Source of the DNA: Selaginella moellendorffii
Lineage: Eukaryota; Plantae; Lycopodiophyta
Length of the DNA: 64,000 bases
Assembly: GCF_000143415.4 (NCBI RefSeq)
Contig: NW_003314317.1
Span: 1,123,183-1,187,182, forward strand
Direction: 5' to 3'
Positions 39,599 through 50,598 of this stretch are shown here, one piece after another. A model generated the notes under the pieces. That model had not been told where the DNA came from. It saw only the letters and a program-made list of their open reading frames with translations, and did no database searches. Position 1 is the first letter of the stretch; each line of letters opens with the position of its first letter. Position numbers and translations under genes: made by a program.

Positions 39599-40442
39599 TG
39601 AGTATCCACAAGTACCTGCTTGTAGAAAACCTCACAGAAACTTTTTCCGTCCAGCTGAAAGCTCGAAGAGTTGGACGTTTAATCCAGCGCTAATTCCTGT
39701 GACAAAACATTGAAAGTAGTACTTGTTTCCTGCATACAGCTAAAAACTCTTGTCAAGAAAACTATCTTGCGGTGCAGCAAATTGAACTGTACCGGTTTGT
39801 GGCAAACAGCTGTGACATTCATCAATACTAAATCGAATGCTCCTCGTGCAACGTGATGGCCCTCGTACGAACCTTGACAAGTTGCAACAGCTGCAACGCG
39901 CAACTTAGCCTGCCATCAGGAAATACGGTCTCAGTGAGTATGATCAAGTCAAAAGGCAAGCAAATTGATGTACCTGTTTCCGGCTGGTCCAGGAAAAAAA
40001 AAATGAAAACTATTTCCTGGCCTGCAACCAATTTGCAGCGGTTTTGGGAGCGCTCACTTTGCTGTAAGATAGCCAACAAAGGTTCAGCGAGCGAACTCAT
40101 GAATCCACAAAGGCGTTAAAGCTTTTTATAATTCTTGGAAGATTACCTGTAGGTGCAGCGAGAGAGCACTAAACTCCTGTGGAATCACTACGGAGTCTTG
40201 ACGACTACTCGGATGAGCCTAATCGAGGAATCAAACAATGTCTGAATGTCAGCTTCGAATGTCAAGAACGCTAAATATTTCTAGTGCGTCAAAATTTCCG
40301 ACTGGTCTCAGAAGGAGATCGAGTTGCGCTACCTGGCTTTAGCGAAGAATGCCCGCCCGCCCTACAGCTCCACAAACCCTAGAAGAAATAAAGCCAGTAA
40401 ATCAGACTCACGAATCTCACAGAAACTGGGAGCTCTTGCAAA

Positions 40443-40515
40443 CGCTGTCTGTGAGAATCGAACCCACGACCACGTGGTTAAAAGCCACGCGCTCTACCTG
40501 CCGAGCTAAGACGGC
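40443..40515 (-). tRNA. tRNA-Lys(UUU), probably degenerate copy
   Basis: Same body as 38598-38670 but with a C3:A70 acceptor mismatch, a changed D loop and a G:U pair in the T stem. Confidence 0.65.
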
Positions 40516-40757
40516 TTCCACGGGAAAGAGGAAATTCGTAAAAAGTACAAACTTGGAAGCACAAAAGTTACTACGAAAGAAGTTTCACAAAGAACATAAA
40601 CAACTAGATCGTTTCTCCTATTGCCTACCAAGGAAACTAGAATTCACTACCTGGTGATTTCGCGTGCTTTCGACAGTCTTTTACCACTGCAGCAAAATCA
40701 AAGGAGTCTCACAAAGAACAAAGAACTCGAGCTTGCCTGATGAGAATGAACTCGCCT

Positions 40758-40830
40758 CGCCGTCTGTGGGAATCGAACCCACGACCACGTGGTTAAAAGC
40801 CACGCGCTCTACCGGCTGAGCTAAAACGGC
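40758..40830 (-). tRNA. tRNA-Lys(UUU)
   Basis: Complete cloverleaf, TTT anticodon, canonical GTTCGATTC B box, U6:G67 wobble. Confidence 0.9.
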
Positions 40831-42427
40831 TTGCACACCTGTTTCGACATGCTCGGAAAATTTCTACAGAAACAAATTCCCCAAGAACAGAAGTACTGTG
40901 TGTTTTATGTGTCATGCACTGTGGTCCTCCTCACTAAAGCGCAACGGGAATTCTAGAAATCGGGGAACCAAGAATAAACCTCACCAAAGCAGTGTGTATG
41001 AACATCCTTGTCTTCGTCCTCTCTGTGTAATCAAACGCAGCGTCAGCATGCTTGTACAAAGACTGACTAGAGGAATCTTTATCACCTCGTCTCCTTGAGA
41101 GCGATGTTTTGCTGGGAGAACGCATAATTCTTTACTTCCTACTCTAGAATGCGTGGTAAAGGAAGCCAGTCGCACCTAGAGAACACGTTCTTCTGAATAG
41201 AAACAAGTCACAGTACCTGATCCAAATCGCTGTCACACGATATGTGCGCATCAAAGAACCCATAGTTTCCGTGCGATCTTCCAGGCCCAGTTTCAAATGC
41301 AAGGCACTGCAAACGGAACCATCAATAAACAAAAACAAAAGATGAGAAGAATTCGGCTGTGAGGAGTTTTGGAAATCTGCAAGCAGCTCAGCTGAACACT
41401 AGGTCACAGTATCCACAATTGTAGAAAACCTCAGAGAACTTTTTGTCGTAAAATCTAGCGCTGATCCTGTGACAAAACACTGAAAGTAAAAATTGACTGC
41501 TGTCAAGAAAACTGCAAGCCTTTCTTGCAGCGAATTGAACTGTACCGGTTTGTGAGACAAATCCATCACGTGAAATTCACGTGATGGCCCTCGTACGAAC
41601 CTTGACAAGTTGCAACAGTTCCAACGCGCAACTTAGCGCCTGCCACCAGGAGAAACGGTGTCAGAGATCGCGCAGAAGATGTGCTGTACCTGTTGCCGGG
41701 TGGTCCAGAATGAATAAACTATGAAATCTATCTCCTGGCCTTCAACCAATTTGCAGCAGTTTTCGGTAGGAGCGCTCAGTTTGCTGTAAGATAACAAGAT
41801 CAGTGATGGAAGAAGCTAAAAAAAGGTTCATAACATCCATGAATCCACAGCTCGCTGAAGCCTTTCATAATTCTTGGAAGACCTCTGGAGCTACCCGTAG
41901 AAGTTTCGCGCTTTCTCCCAGGAAAATACGGAAGTAAGATCAGCGAGAGAGCACTACACTCATGCCAGGCCAAGAACGCTAACCTTTTCTAATGGATCCA
42001 ATCCAGCTTTCTGACTGTTCTCAGGAGGAGATCGAGTTGCGCTACCTGGCTTTGCGAAGAAATACCCGCCCGCATTCCTGGAGCTCCACAAACCCTAGAA
42101 GCTAAATGAAAACCTGGAAAAAATCACCGCAGTACGACAAACAAAAGGGCACTCAGAAAAGATATCCATAGTGGCAGTGATCTTTTGGCGCTCTAACGTG
42201 GTGAGCTTACACACCTGGGATGTGATTGCCATAAAGCAAGTTTGCTATGGATCAAATGTTTCCTCCTCTGTCAAGTTCTTTGCGTTTGCCGGGACCTTGA
42301 GAGATGGATCTGCTTGTTAGATATCCGCAAGATGAAAGAAAATACTTCTCCGTCGAAACAAAGGCAAAGAACTCGCCTGTGCCGTGTTGTGTTCATCTGA
42401 TGCAGCTACCTTAGCCAAATCCGTCTA

Positions 42428-42492
42428 TGCCGTCTGCGGCAATCGAACCCACCACGTTGTTAAAAGCCACGCTGGTGGTGAGCTAGGACGGA
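42428..42492 (-). pseudogene. tRNA-Lys(UUU) pseudogene
   Basis: GCCGTCTGCGGCAATCGAACCCACCACGTTGTTAAAAGCCACGC on the plus strand, with deletions in the variable region and D arm. Confidence 0.75.
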
Positions 42493-42630
42493 AGTGACCG
42501 GTTCTGAACGAAAGAAGAATTTCGTAGAAAATAGAAATAGAAGCACCATACCTTAAGTCTGCAGCAGAGATTTTACGGAATCTCAGGCCGCTGTCCATCG
42601 CTTTTAAACTCTGTCGTAGAGGTTATTAAA

Positions 42631-43225
42631 TGAAGTGTACCCCCCAGCTCGTGGAACTAGATCTACAAAAGGAAGTTTCGAATTAAATTTCCGAGTGCAG
42701 ATTGCTCTACTCTATTGCTAGCAACCAATCAACTGAACTAAGGTTTCTTACACAAGTAAGAGCGAAAGACGTACCCGGTAGTGATAGTCACCTGAATATT
42801 TGGGAGCACGAAACCGGTACCGCGACTTCCCCTTGGTACGGCACCTTCCAAGTTGCAACAATCTTCCTGTCATCGAAGATCTCGTCAGCAAAATGTGATC
42901 AATCATGCAGTTTACCATTGCTCTTTAGACGATGGTACATGAAGTGTACCGCAGCTTGTGGAACTGCATCTACAAAAGAAGTTTCGAATTAAATTTCCGA
43001 GAGTACATTGCTCTACTCTATTGCTAGAAACCTCACACAACCCAACCAAGACTTGTTACACAAGTAACAGCGAAACACGTACCCGGTTAGTTGAATATTT
43101 GGGACCACGAAACCGGACGTTCATCGTGAAACACGACTTCCCTTTGCTGCGAAACCTTCTAAGTTGCAACAATCTTCCTGTCATCGAAGATCTTGTCAGC
43201 AAAAATGTGATCAATCATGCAGTTT
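42631..43225. repeat. Two-copy ~310-bp degenerate tandem repeat upstream of the lyase-like gene
   Basis: TGAAGTGTACC...GAAGTTTCGAATTAAATTTCCGAG...AATGTGATCAATCATGCAGTTT occurs at 42631 and 42940. Confidence 0.85.
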
Positions 43226-43562
43226 TATTGTTAAGACTTGCCGGCTGTCCGAAGAAAGCGACCGCGCGTGCCAGAGAAACCGATTTATTTCGCCGACTTA
43301 CAACAAGTTGCAAAAGCTCGACAGTATCGTCAGTTATGGATGGAATGAGCCAAAGGTACCAATTCCTGCGCAGCGACAATATCAGTGTGAGAAGGAGCCA
43401 AGCCAAGCTTCGTAAGTCTTTAACTTTACAGCTAGCAGGAAAATGTTTCCGAGTCCACCGATGACTGCACATAATGAAGATCGCTCTCCCACCAAAAGCC
43501 TCCAAAAGCTTGGGCCAGTTGATATATAGTACCTTGCAGCAAAGCACCGCTCCCACGCAGTG

Positions 43563-45104
43563 ATGGAGACCCTCAAGTTCTTGCTGCTGCTCTCGTCGTT
43601 CCTGACTCTTGCAAGAGCTGATCAGCAGCAGCCATGGGTATGGCTGGATCCAGATAGTGATCTCGAGCAGAAACCACGGCTTTCTTACCGATCAACCTGG
43701 CAAGGTGACAGGATAATGGATTTCTCCGCGGTTGGCTACCGAGGTGGGATGGATCCCATTCCCCCGGCTCCTCCAGTGAAGGTAACGTTGTTTCCTGGTG
43801 GTGGCGGCAGCAGCGACGACACAGAGGCGCTGCAAGCGGCAATAAACACCGTGTCTGCCATGCAACCAGACGAGCAAGGATTCAGAGGGACTGTAAAACT
43901 TGCGAAAGGGACGTTCAACCTCGGTAAGCAGTCCATAGTGATCAACACCAGCGGCGTCATTATAGATGGCAGCGGCGTAGACCAAACGCTGATCGACGCA
44001 CACTCTCTGGAGGCCCAAGTTTTGTTCCGGATCCATGGAAATCCTGCGACGACAGTAAACAGCACACGGTCAGCTGTTGTCGAGACAGTTCCTTCCGGGA
44101 GCAAAACTCTCCGGCTAAGTTCAGTAGCAGGCTTCTCCGAGGGAGACCAAGTGAGTATTACCTGGACTTGGAGCCCCCAGTGGATCCAGATGATGAACAT
44201 GAGCGACTACTGGCGGCCGGGATACGGCTACAAAGCCGAGCGGATCATAAAGACGGTCTCCACACTCGACTCTTCCATCCAGCTGGATATCCCTCTCCCG
44301 TTTCGACTGGACACGAACTACCTGGACGACGCTCACGGCGCAAGCGTCGAGAAGATATCCACAGCCCCCCGCATCGGCCGAGTCGCCCTGCAGAACTTCA
44401 AGGCGGTGAAGAACATCACATTTCCAGGCACGGGATGCTTCCTAAAAATGCAAGACGTGGAGGATGCGTGGATAACCGACCTGGAGCTCCACGACTTCAG
44501 CGGCACAATCCTGAAATACCCTAGAGAGTTGCTCCATACCTCGATCGCCATCGCTGGGACGAGAGTCACGGCCCAGAACTTGGTCCTGCACCGCACCGCG
44601 AACGCAACAAAGGGGCCGAAACCGTTCGACATAGCTCTCCACCGTCCTGGACAGCAAATACTCGTGAGAAACGTCACCGTATCTGGGAACAGGGAATACA
44701 GCTTCATTACTGGAGACAGCATCGCCGGCCCCAACGTCTTCCACAACTGCACCGGATTCGGAGCCAACACCGCGCAGCCGCACATGAGGTTCGCCACTGG
44801 ACTGCTGTACGACAACCTTCGTATACCAGACGGTGGCATCGAGATGATAAACCGGCGATGGTTTGGAAGCGGCCATGGCATTGCCGCCGCCTTCTCCGTT
44901 GCATGGAACACGGAGAGCAAAAGCTTGCAGGTGATCAGCTCTCCCGGGGCTGCAAACTGGGCGTTAGGATGCCGAGCTCAAGAGGTGAACGACAAGATAC
45001 AAGGGATAAGCGAACCTGGATTCGTGGATGCGGTCCTAGATCCACGTATTCCCTCGCTTTTCCTGGCTCAGCGTCACGCTGCCGGCATGCCGGCCGTCTT
45101 CTAG
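43563..45104 (+). CDS. Secreted right-handed beta-helix (pectate-lyase superfamily-like) protein of bacterial type
   Basis: Intronless 513-aa ORF with a signal peptide (METLKFLLLLSSFLTLARA) and motifs IMDFSAVGYRGG, DDTEALQAAIN, GTVKLAKGTF, GPNVFHN, QPHMRFATGLLYDN and NRRWFGSGHG. Confidence 0.8.
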   Translation: METLKFLLLLSSFLTLARADQQQPWVWLDPDSDLEQKPRLSYRSTWQGDRIMDFSAVGYRGGMDPIPPAPPVKVTLFPGGGGSSDDTEALQAAINTVSAMQPDEQGFRGTVKLAKGTFNLGKQSIVINTSGVIIDGSGVDQTLIDAHSLEAQVLFRIHGNPATTVNSTRSAVVETVPSGSKTLRLSSVAGFSEGDQVSITWTWSPQWIQMMNMSDYWRPGYGYKAERIIKTVSTLDSSIQLDIPLPFRLDTNYLDDAHGASVEKISTAPRIGRVALQNFKAVKNITFPGTGCFLKMQDVEDAWITDLELHDFSGTILKYPRELLHTSIAIAGTRVTAQNLVLHRTANATKGPKPFDIALHRPGQQILVRNVTVSGNREYSFITGDSIAGPNVFHNCTGFGANTAQPHMRFATGLLYDNLRIPDGGIEMINRRWFGSGHGIAAAFSVAWNTESKSLQVISSPGAANWALGCRAQEVNDKIQGISEPGFVDAVLDPRIPSLFLAQRHAAGMPAVF

Positions 45105-45200
45105 TCTAGTCTGGCCTCAGCTCCATAGCCAGAGCTTCCGTCTGACTTTGAACTTTCATAATCGCCCTGGATCTCATCATACCTATGACGCGTCCGAGTC

Positions 45201-45296
45201 GGATTGATGGCAGAAGAATAGAGAGCACAAGCACCCAAAAGCCTCTCTAGAGCTGGTGGCTGCTGGTGCTCCCTGTCTTCTGTCAACAATAGATCC
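45201..45296 (-). ncRNA. MIR156: MIR156-family precursor hairpin (mature UUGACAGAAGACAGGGAGCAC, 45286-45266)
   Basis: Mature-like 21-mer with a complementary star arm at 45207-45228. Confidence 0.88.
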
Positions 45297-47877
45297 ATAC
45301 CAATTTTTTGCATCTGGAGAGAAAACGAAAGAAAGAAAAAAAAAGGACAAGAAACCTTGACATTCTGAGAAGCGAAAAAACTTATAAGCCGGATAAAGTT
45401 TTAAAGCTTATCTGATATAGTTCACATCGGACCGTCGATGTGTTCCGTCCAGCTTACTTTCCGAGTTTTTGGCTCCAGCATTGAGAATAGTTAGTTGATT
45501 GGCCCAACTCCCAAGGGATCAAAGGACAAGTCGTGGAAACCACTAAAGAGGAAACAACAAAAAAGCTCAGACCTCTTTGAAGCGGTCAAAGACTCCGACC
45601 CGGCGCCATCCTGTGAGCTGCCTGTCCTTGCCAATTTTGCTAGCTTCAAAGGTGGACAGAAGACTATTTCCTCTTGCCTGCACAAAAACAAAGTGAGAAA
45701 TGTTTCAATCTCGTCAACACTAGACTAGCCTCCAAGTGATGTCATGGTTGCTGACGATTGATCAAAGTTAAAACTCGTGGTTGCTGCTGCGACAGTACTC
45801 TGCTATTCTGCATTAGCTTCAGTGCTGTTTGTTCTCTGAAAGAAGCTTAAAAAACGCCACCTACAAGCTGCCAGAGGCCCTGCTCTGCAACACCGTAAAA
45901 TCATTTATGTATACCAAAACAAACTCCTCACAAGTCTCTCAGCACATACGGGAGACCGGACGGTCGAGGCAGGTTGATAGGTAACACCCATGGCCATGTG
46001 CAGACGGGACTCCACCAGGCAACTTGCGATTTGAGACAAAAACGGTTCAGCTTCCAGCAAAGAATTGCAATTTAAACATTGTTAACTTACAGACAGGAAG
46101 GCACACTCCGGCTCCGTCTTGCAGACTAAGATAATCAAAAGATAGCCGAGCTGAATGTTTCCGTGATTGTCCTTCCTGCTGGTAAACATCCAGATATTTT
46201 AAACCTGTACGATTTGAACCAAAATGCTCCCACCTTGAGTGGCTGCACGTTGGACATCTTTTCTGGGTACCATGGCAGTCTTTTGCGTAGTCTGAAAAGA
46301 AACGCATCTCAATCATGACTTAGAATTTACCTTGAGCAAGTCCATTTTTTGTGAACACTTTCGTTTTCGGAATAGTTTCGGGGGTAGCTCGCTCCTGATA
46401 TTTCCGAAAGAGAATTCTTATCTGTCATCTTAGAGCTTAGAAGTAGGATTTGATAGCTTGAATTCGAGGTTTGCAGATCTGAACAATATAGCACGATCAC
46501 AAACAAAGAAGGTATAGAAAAAGGACAGCGCTATCTAGCGAAAAGTGCTGCACCTGGAGGCAAGGTTTTGTCTTTTCGATAATCATTTCGATATTATCGT
46601 TGAGCTGCAATTAGTATAATATGGTGTTTTCGAATAATTTCCACTTTCTACAGATTGTACCTTATAGAAAGGCATCACTGATATCAGGAAGCAACATTTG
46701 AATCTCTGTGTGATTTTGAAAAGGAAGTGCACAATATAATTCGACTGAAAACGCTGTTTAATTAAATGAGAAGTTAAGCTGCCCCAACCCATTGTCTCGA
46801 CGAAAAGCAAAAACTGTGTAATCTAGATTGCAAATCTGAGAACTCAATCAGTTTCCAAAATTCTGTCAAAATCAACATAGTAAACTCAGGACTTCATAGC
46901 TTTGTCAATACCAAAATGCAGAAAACCTGGAGCGGTGTAGTTTACAAGTTCGACAGCACCACACCACCGAGTTCATCGATAACAATAATATCAGCAGGAT
47001 CCTAGAACTATGGCAAGCATGACAGTTACGGCAAATCACACCTTTTCCGAGAGTAGTCTTTGTGGATAACTGGATAACCCCGGATAAGATTAGAGAAGTC
47101 CAAATTCCTGATGTGACTGAGCTGCAGAAACATCTCATGAGATCAGAAATAACAGCTGTATATAGCGAAGAGAATTACCACAGGTTCTGCCCGAGTACTT
47201 ATCCAAGAAAGTTTACTCGAAAACTCGTCTGCATATCTAGAACGGATTTCCTGCAAAACGTTTCAAAGTTTGCAAAGGAAAAAAATTGCGTTCTTAGCCA
47301 ATCCAGTTAACTAGATTCCCATACCTTTTTCTTCAAGGCAAAATGCATTACAAGTGAGATTTGAAGCACCACTACGTGTTCAAAAAACGGGACTTACGCT
47401 ACCGATGTTCATCTTAAATGTTGATTCTGAAGACCACTTTAGAGACCTGAATGCAAGAGGAAAACATTGATAGGTAAGATTTTTCTGTAGGCAATGGTGC
47501 ACAGCTAACGAGCTGCTGACTCTGAAATCCGTGTTTGCACGATACTAGTTGCCAGCGAATGTTCAAATATATCTTCGCGTAGAATGCATTTACCTGCAAG
47601 CATTCAGTCAGAAAACTATTATGATAGTGGTCGAATTCTACCGCTCGGTATGTATCTGACCGGAAAAACTCGCAGCTGGTGTAGCAGCAAAGTTAACACA
47701 AGCCTGGCCATGAAGTGACCTGAGATAAATAGTTCTGAGAGAAACAACAGCGAAACTTACAGGTATTTCTGGATCAGTCCGCACCTATCAGCCTTGTTGG
47801 AAAATGTCAATCAATCTGCTTCTCAGCGAATGCCTGAAAGTGAACTTCGAATAGACAGGAAAGAACGCGGGCAATTA

Positions 47878-47980
47878 CGGACAGGGACTCCCGACAGAAG
47901 AAAAAGAGCACGCATCGAGGCTGCAATCAGAGGCAGTGTTCATGCGTGCTCTCTTTCTTCTGTCTAGAGGCCTGCTCGTC
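47878..47980 (-). ncRNA. MIR156: MIR156-family precursor hairpin (UAGACAGAAGAAAGAGAGCAC, 47966-47946)
   Basis: Long stem GACAGAAGAAAAAGAGCACGCAT / ATGCGTGCTCTCTTTCTTCTGTC; the mismatch becomes a G:U pair only on the minus strand. Confidence 0.8.
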
Positions 47981-49821
47981 GCAAAACGAAACTCCCCTCA
48001 AGAGGCATCCAAGGATGCTCCAATTCCAAATCTGAGAGAGATGTGAGACGGATCATATGAGAACCGAAACCCTACCAGTAAAATTTATTGAAGAGCTCAT
48101 CATTGAAGCAGAAAATACGGTTCAGCTGGGACAGGTCTTCCGCATCGCTCCAAGCAACACTGACCAAAGACTGGTCGATTGCTCTCGGAGAAAAGACGAA
48201 AATATTCCGTACCCTGCGTAATAAAAACTCATTGTCAATATATTATGAAGTTGCTTTACCATGATTAATCCGTCTTCCCTCACGCGATCAAGAGCTTCTG
48301 CGAAAACAATTAGAGCTTCTGACTGAACTGCTCAAGAGCCTCTTGATGTGAATACAATGAAGCGATCACCACTGCTATCAAACTCATTGAATTTTTCTTT
48401 TGTAGATCTATGCCTGCTTCAAGAAACAGTTAGAAACACAAGCTATTGCAAAATAGTTCTGAAATGTAGATTGAGCTGCACAGAATATCAACACCGGATT
48501 TCACGTTCGTATCTCCTCAGAAAATCTGTCCATATCGTCGGTGATCGCATAAAGTATCGCATACTTGTCCCTGCAGATCACGAAATACATAAAACGTGTG
48601 TACTGGGATCGCCCGCTTTTCGTCATGGCTATTAAACCGCACTCACCGGCCATAGTCTCAACCTGTGATCATCTGTCAAGAGCTGTGCTCCAAGTGCCTT
48701 GCACGGCCAATGCTGCGCTGACAATTATACCCTTTGAAACTGTTGCTGGTTGACTGCTGCGTTATGTTGCTCCGAATGCATGTGTGAGGTTTTGACATCC
48801 ACGCAGCAACTGCCAGAAATTGTTAGAAAACGATACGCTTCACTACATAAATATCCATATAACCCTCAGTGGTGTCATTCCTTGTTATCGGTACTACTAT
48901 AGCCGAAAATAGAGAGTAGACTCAGATGGATCGGAAAAGAAAACGCTGCAAAGAAATACAACAAGAAGAAATGTCCCCAGATGAAGATTGCGAATCTGCC
49001 AAGCTACTGAACTCCTACCTGTTGAATCCTTATGTTCGCTTATTTTGCGCTCCACTGGTAACGATAAAACCGATGCTAAGAACGCAGTATTCTCCATCAA
49101 CGGACATATTTACCACAACCTGCATTCAATGGAGGTTAACCTATTAGAGGCAATCAAGTTTGACTTACCCATGGCAATGCTGAAGACGTAAGAAAGCACG
49201 CATATACATACAGTGCGTGTTCAAGAGAAACTTTAGATCTTGATGCGAAAAACATTACTGCAAGCCACATGAACGGCAACGAAAAGCCCCGCATTCTCAT
49301 ATTCAAATATTAGCCCGGCAAACCACACCCGAACTCAGACCAGACAATGCGTGAAATGATCACGTTGCTGACCTTTTGTCATAGATCGATCTGCTCGCCA
49401 TTTGTAGCTCAGGTTTGGTGGCAATCAACACCTTTAGCGCTTTTATCCCTTTCCCTTCACAGTTATTCAAGCCAGAGGCAACATCAAGAGCATACACATT
49501 TGTTAAATTCTTACACAGGCCTCGTTCTTCTTTGCGGATTAATGGAAAATGAATATAGGAAAAAACACTCATGAAAAGTCCTCGCCAAACAAAACGAAAC
49601 TCACCGATTCAACCGCCAGATCGCACGCGACACCGCCCATGTCCCGTGCGTTGAAGCATTTCCTTTGCCACATATTTCACGTACTTGATCCAAACTGACG
49701 AGCAAGCACTTGCAAGAGAGGAAAAAGAAAAGCCTTCAGTGCAACAGTCATAGGATACCTTCCATGCATTCCTCGTGTGTCTTGAAACAGCGCCTAATGA
49801 GAGCGAGGCCTCAGAAGTTGC

Positions 49822-49910
49822 GATATGACAGAAGAAGAAGAGCACGCATGAGTGACACACTAGAACCAACGGCGTGCAGCCAAATGTGCTCTCTTTCTTC
49901 TGTCAAATCA
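49822..49910 (-). ncRNA. MIR156: MIR156-family precursor hairpin (UUGACAGAAGAAAGAGAGCAC, 49906-49886)
   Basis: Canonical miR156/157-type 21-mer with star arm at 49826-49845. Confidence 0.9.
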
Positions 49911-50323
49911 GTCTCCTCTAACTGCAAGCAGATCGATTCTCAGCTTCACAAAATCTCGCCAGGAAATTTCTCGTCTTGCTCTTCCACACACCACGCAAAG
50001 AAATCCATCACCAACACCAACACCACACCGCAAGCAGACGCAAGATCCACAAGAAAGAGACCAAGAAATCAGCAGACAGCCGCTGATCCACAAGAATTCG
50101 AGCGCAAACGCCAGGAATCAATACGCGCGACCTGCATTCCACCACAAAATTTCGGTGGCGCAGCAGCGGCGCTGACGATCCCAGCAGCAATAGCGGCGCC
50201 ATACCGGCCAGCGGCGCGGATCTTGCGACTTTGATCGAGGACGATGTGAGAGATGCTCGCGTCGGCGCCCTTCTTTAGCGCAGTTCTTCCCGTCGATAAA
50301 GCCTTTCTCCACTTGCATCACAG

Positions 50324-50331
50324 AAACCCTA
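50324..50331. promoter_or_regulatory. Telo-box (AAACCCTA) in the short divergent promoter interval
   Basis: Exact motif between the minus-strand host unit and the plus-strand PPR gene. Confidence 0.45.
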
Positions 50332-50598
50332 GTTTAAAACCCACCGTGTCACACTAACAACCATACATCCCGTTGCGATCTAAGTATATTCTGTCCGGCG
50401 TAATTTGGAGGACTGTCCTTCAAGTGTACATTTTTTCCTTCGCGAAATCCCTGCTTGTACTTGAGGTGTGCTTTCCGCCGTGGAATGGCCAAACGAATTC
50501 CAGCCCTTGGATGCGAGGCATCCAAGGGCGCAATCTATGCTAGATCTGAGTCGTACACGTACACACGGTGGGAGAGTTTGAATTTGAATTAAAACACA

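Larger units (their letters stand above)
38430..42100. repeat. Degenerate ~2-kb tandem segmental duplication carrying tRNA-Lys genes
   Basis: Blocks 38560-39290 match 40720-41360, and 39600-40390 match 41410-42100; a more degraded partial copy lies at ~38020-38430. Confidence 0.8.
45100..50330 (-). other. Probable multi-intron host transcript (pri-miRNA or unidentified coding gene) containing the three MIR156 hairpins
   Basis: Many minus-strand splice signals (plus-strand CTTAC/CTCAC donors, CTG+A-rich acceptors), GC-rich 5' end near 50200, telo-box at 50324; no recognisable protein could be assembled. Confidence 0.45.
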
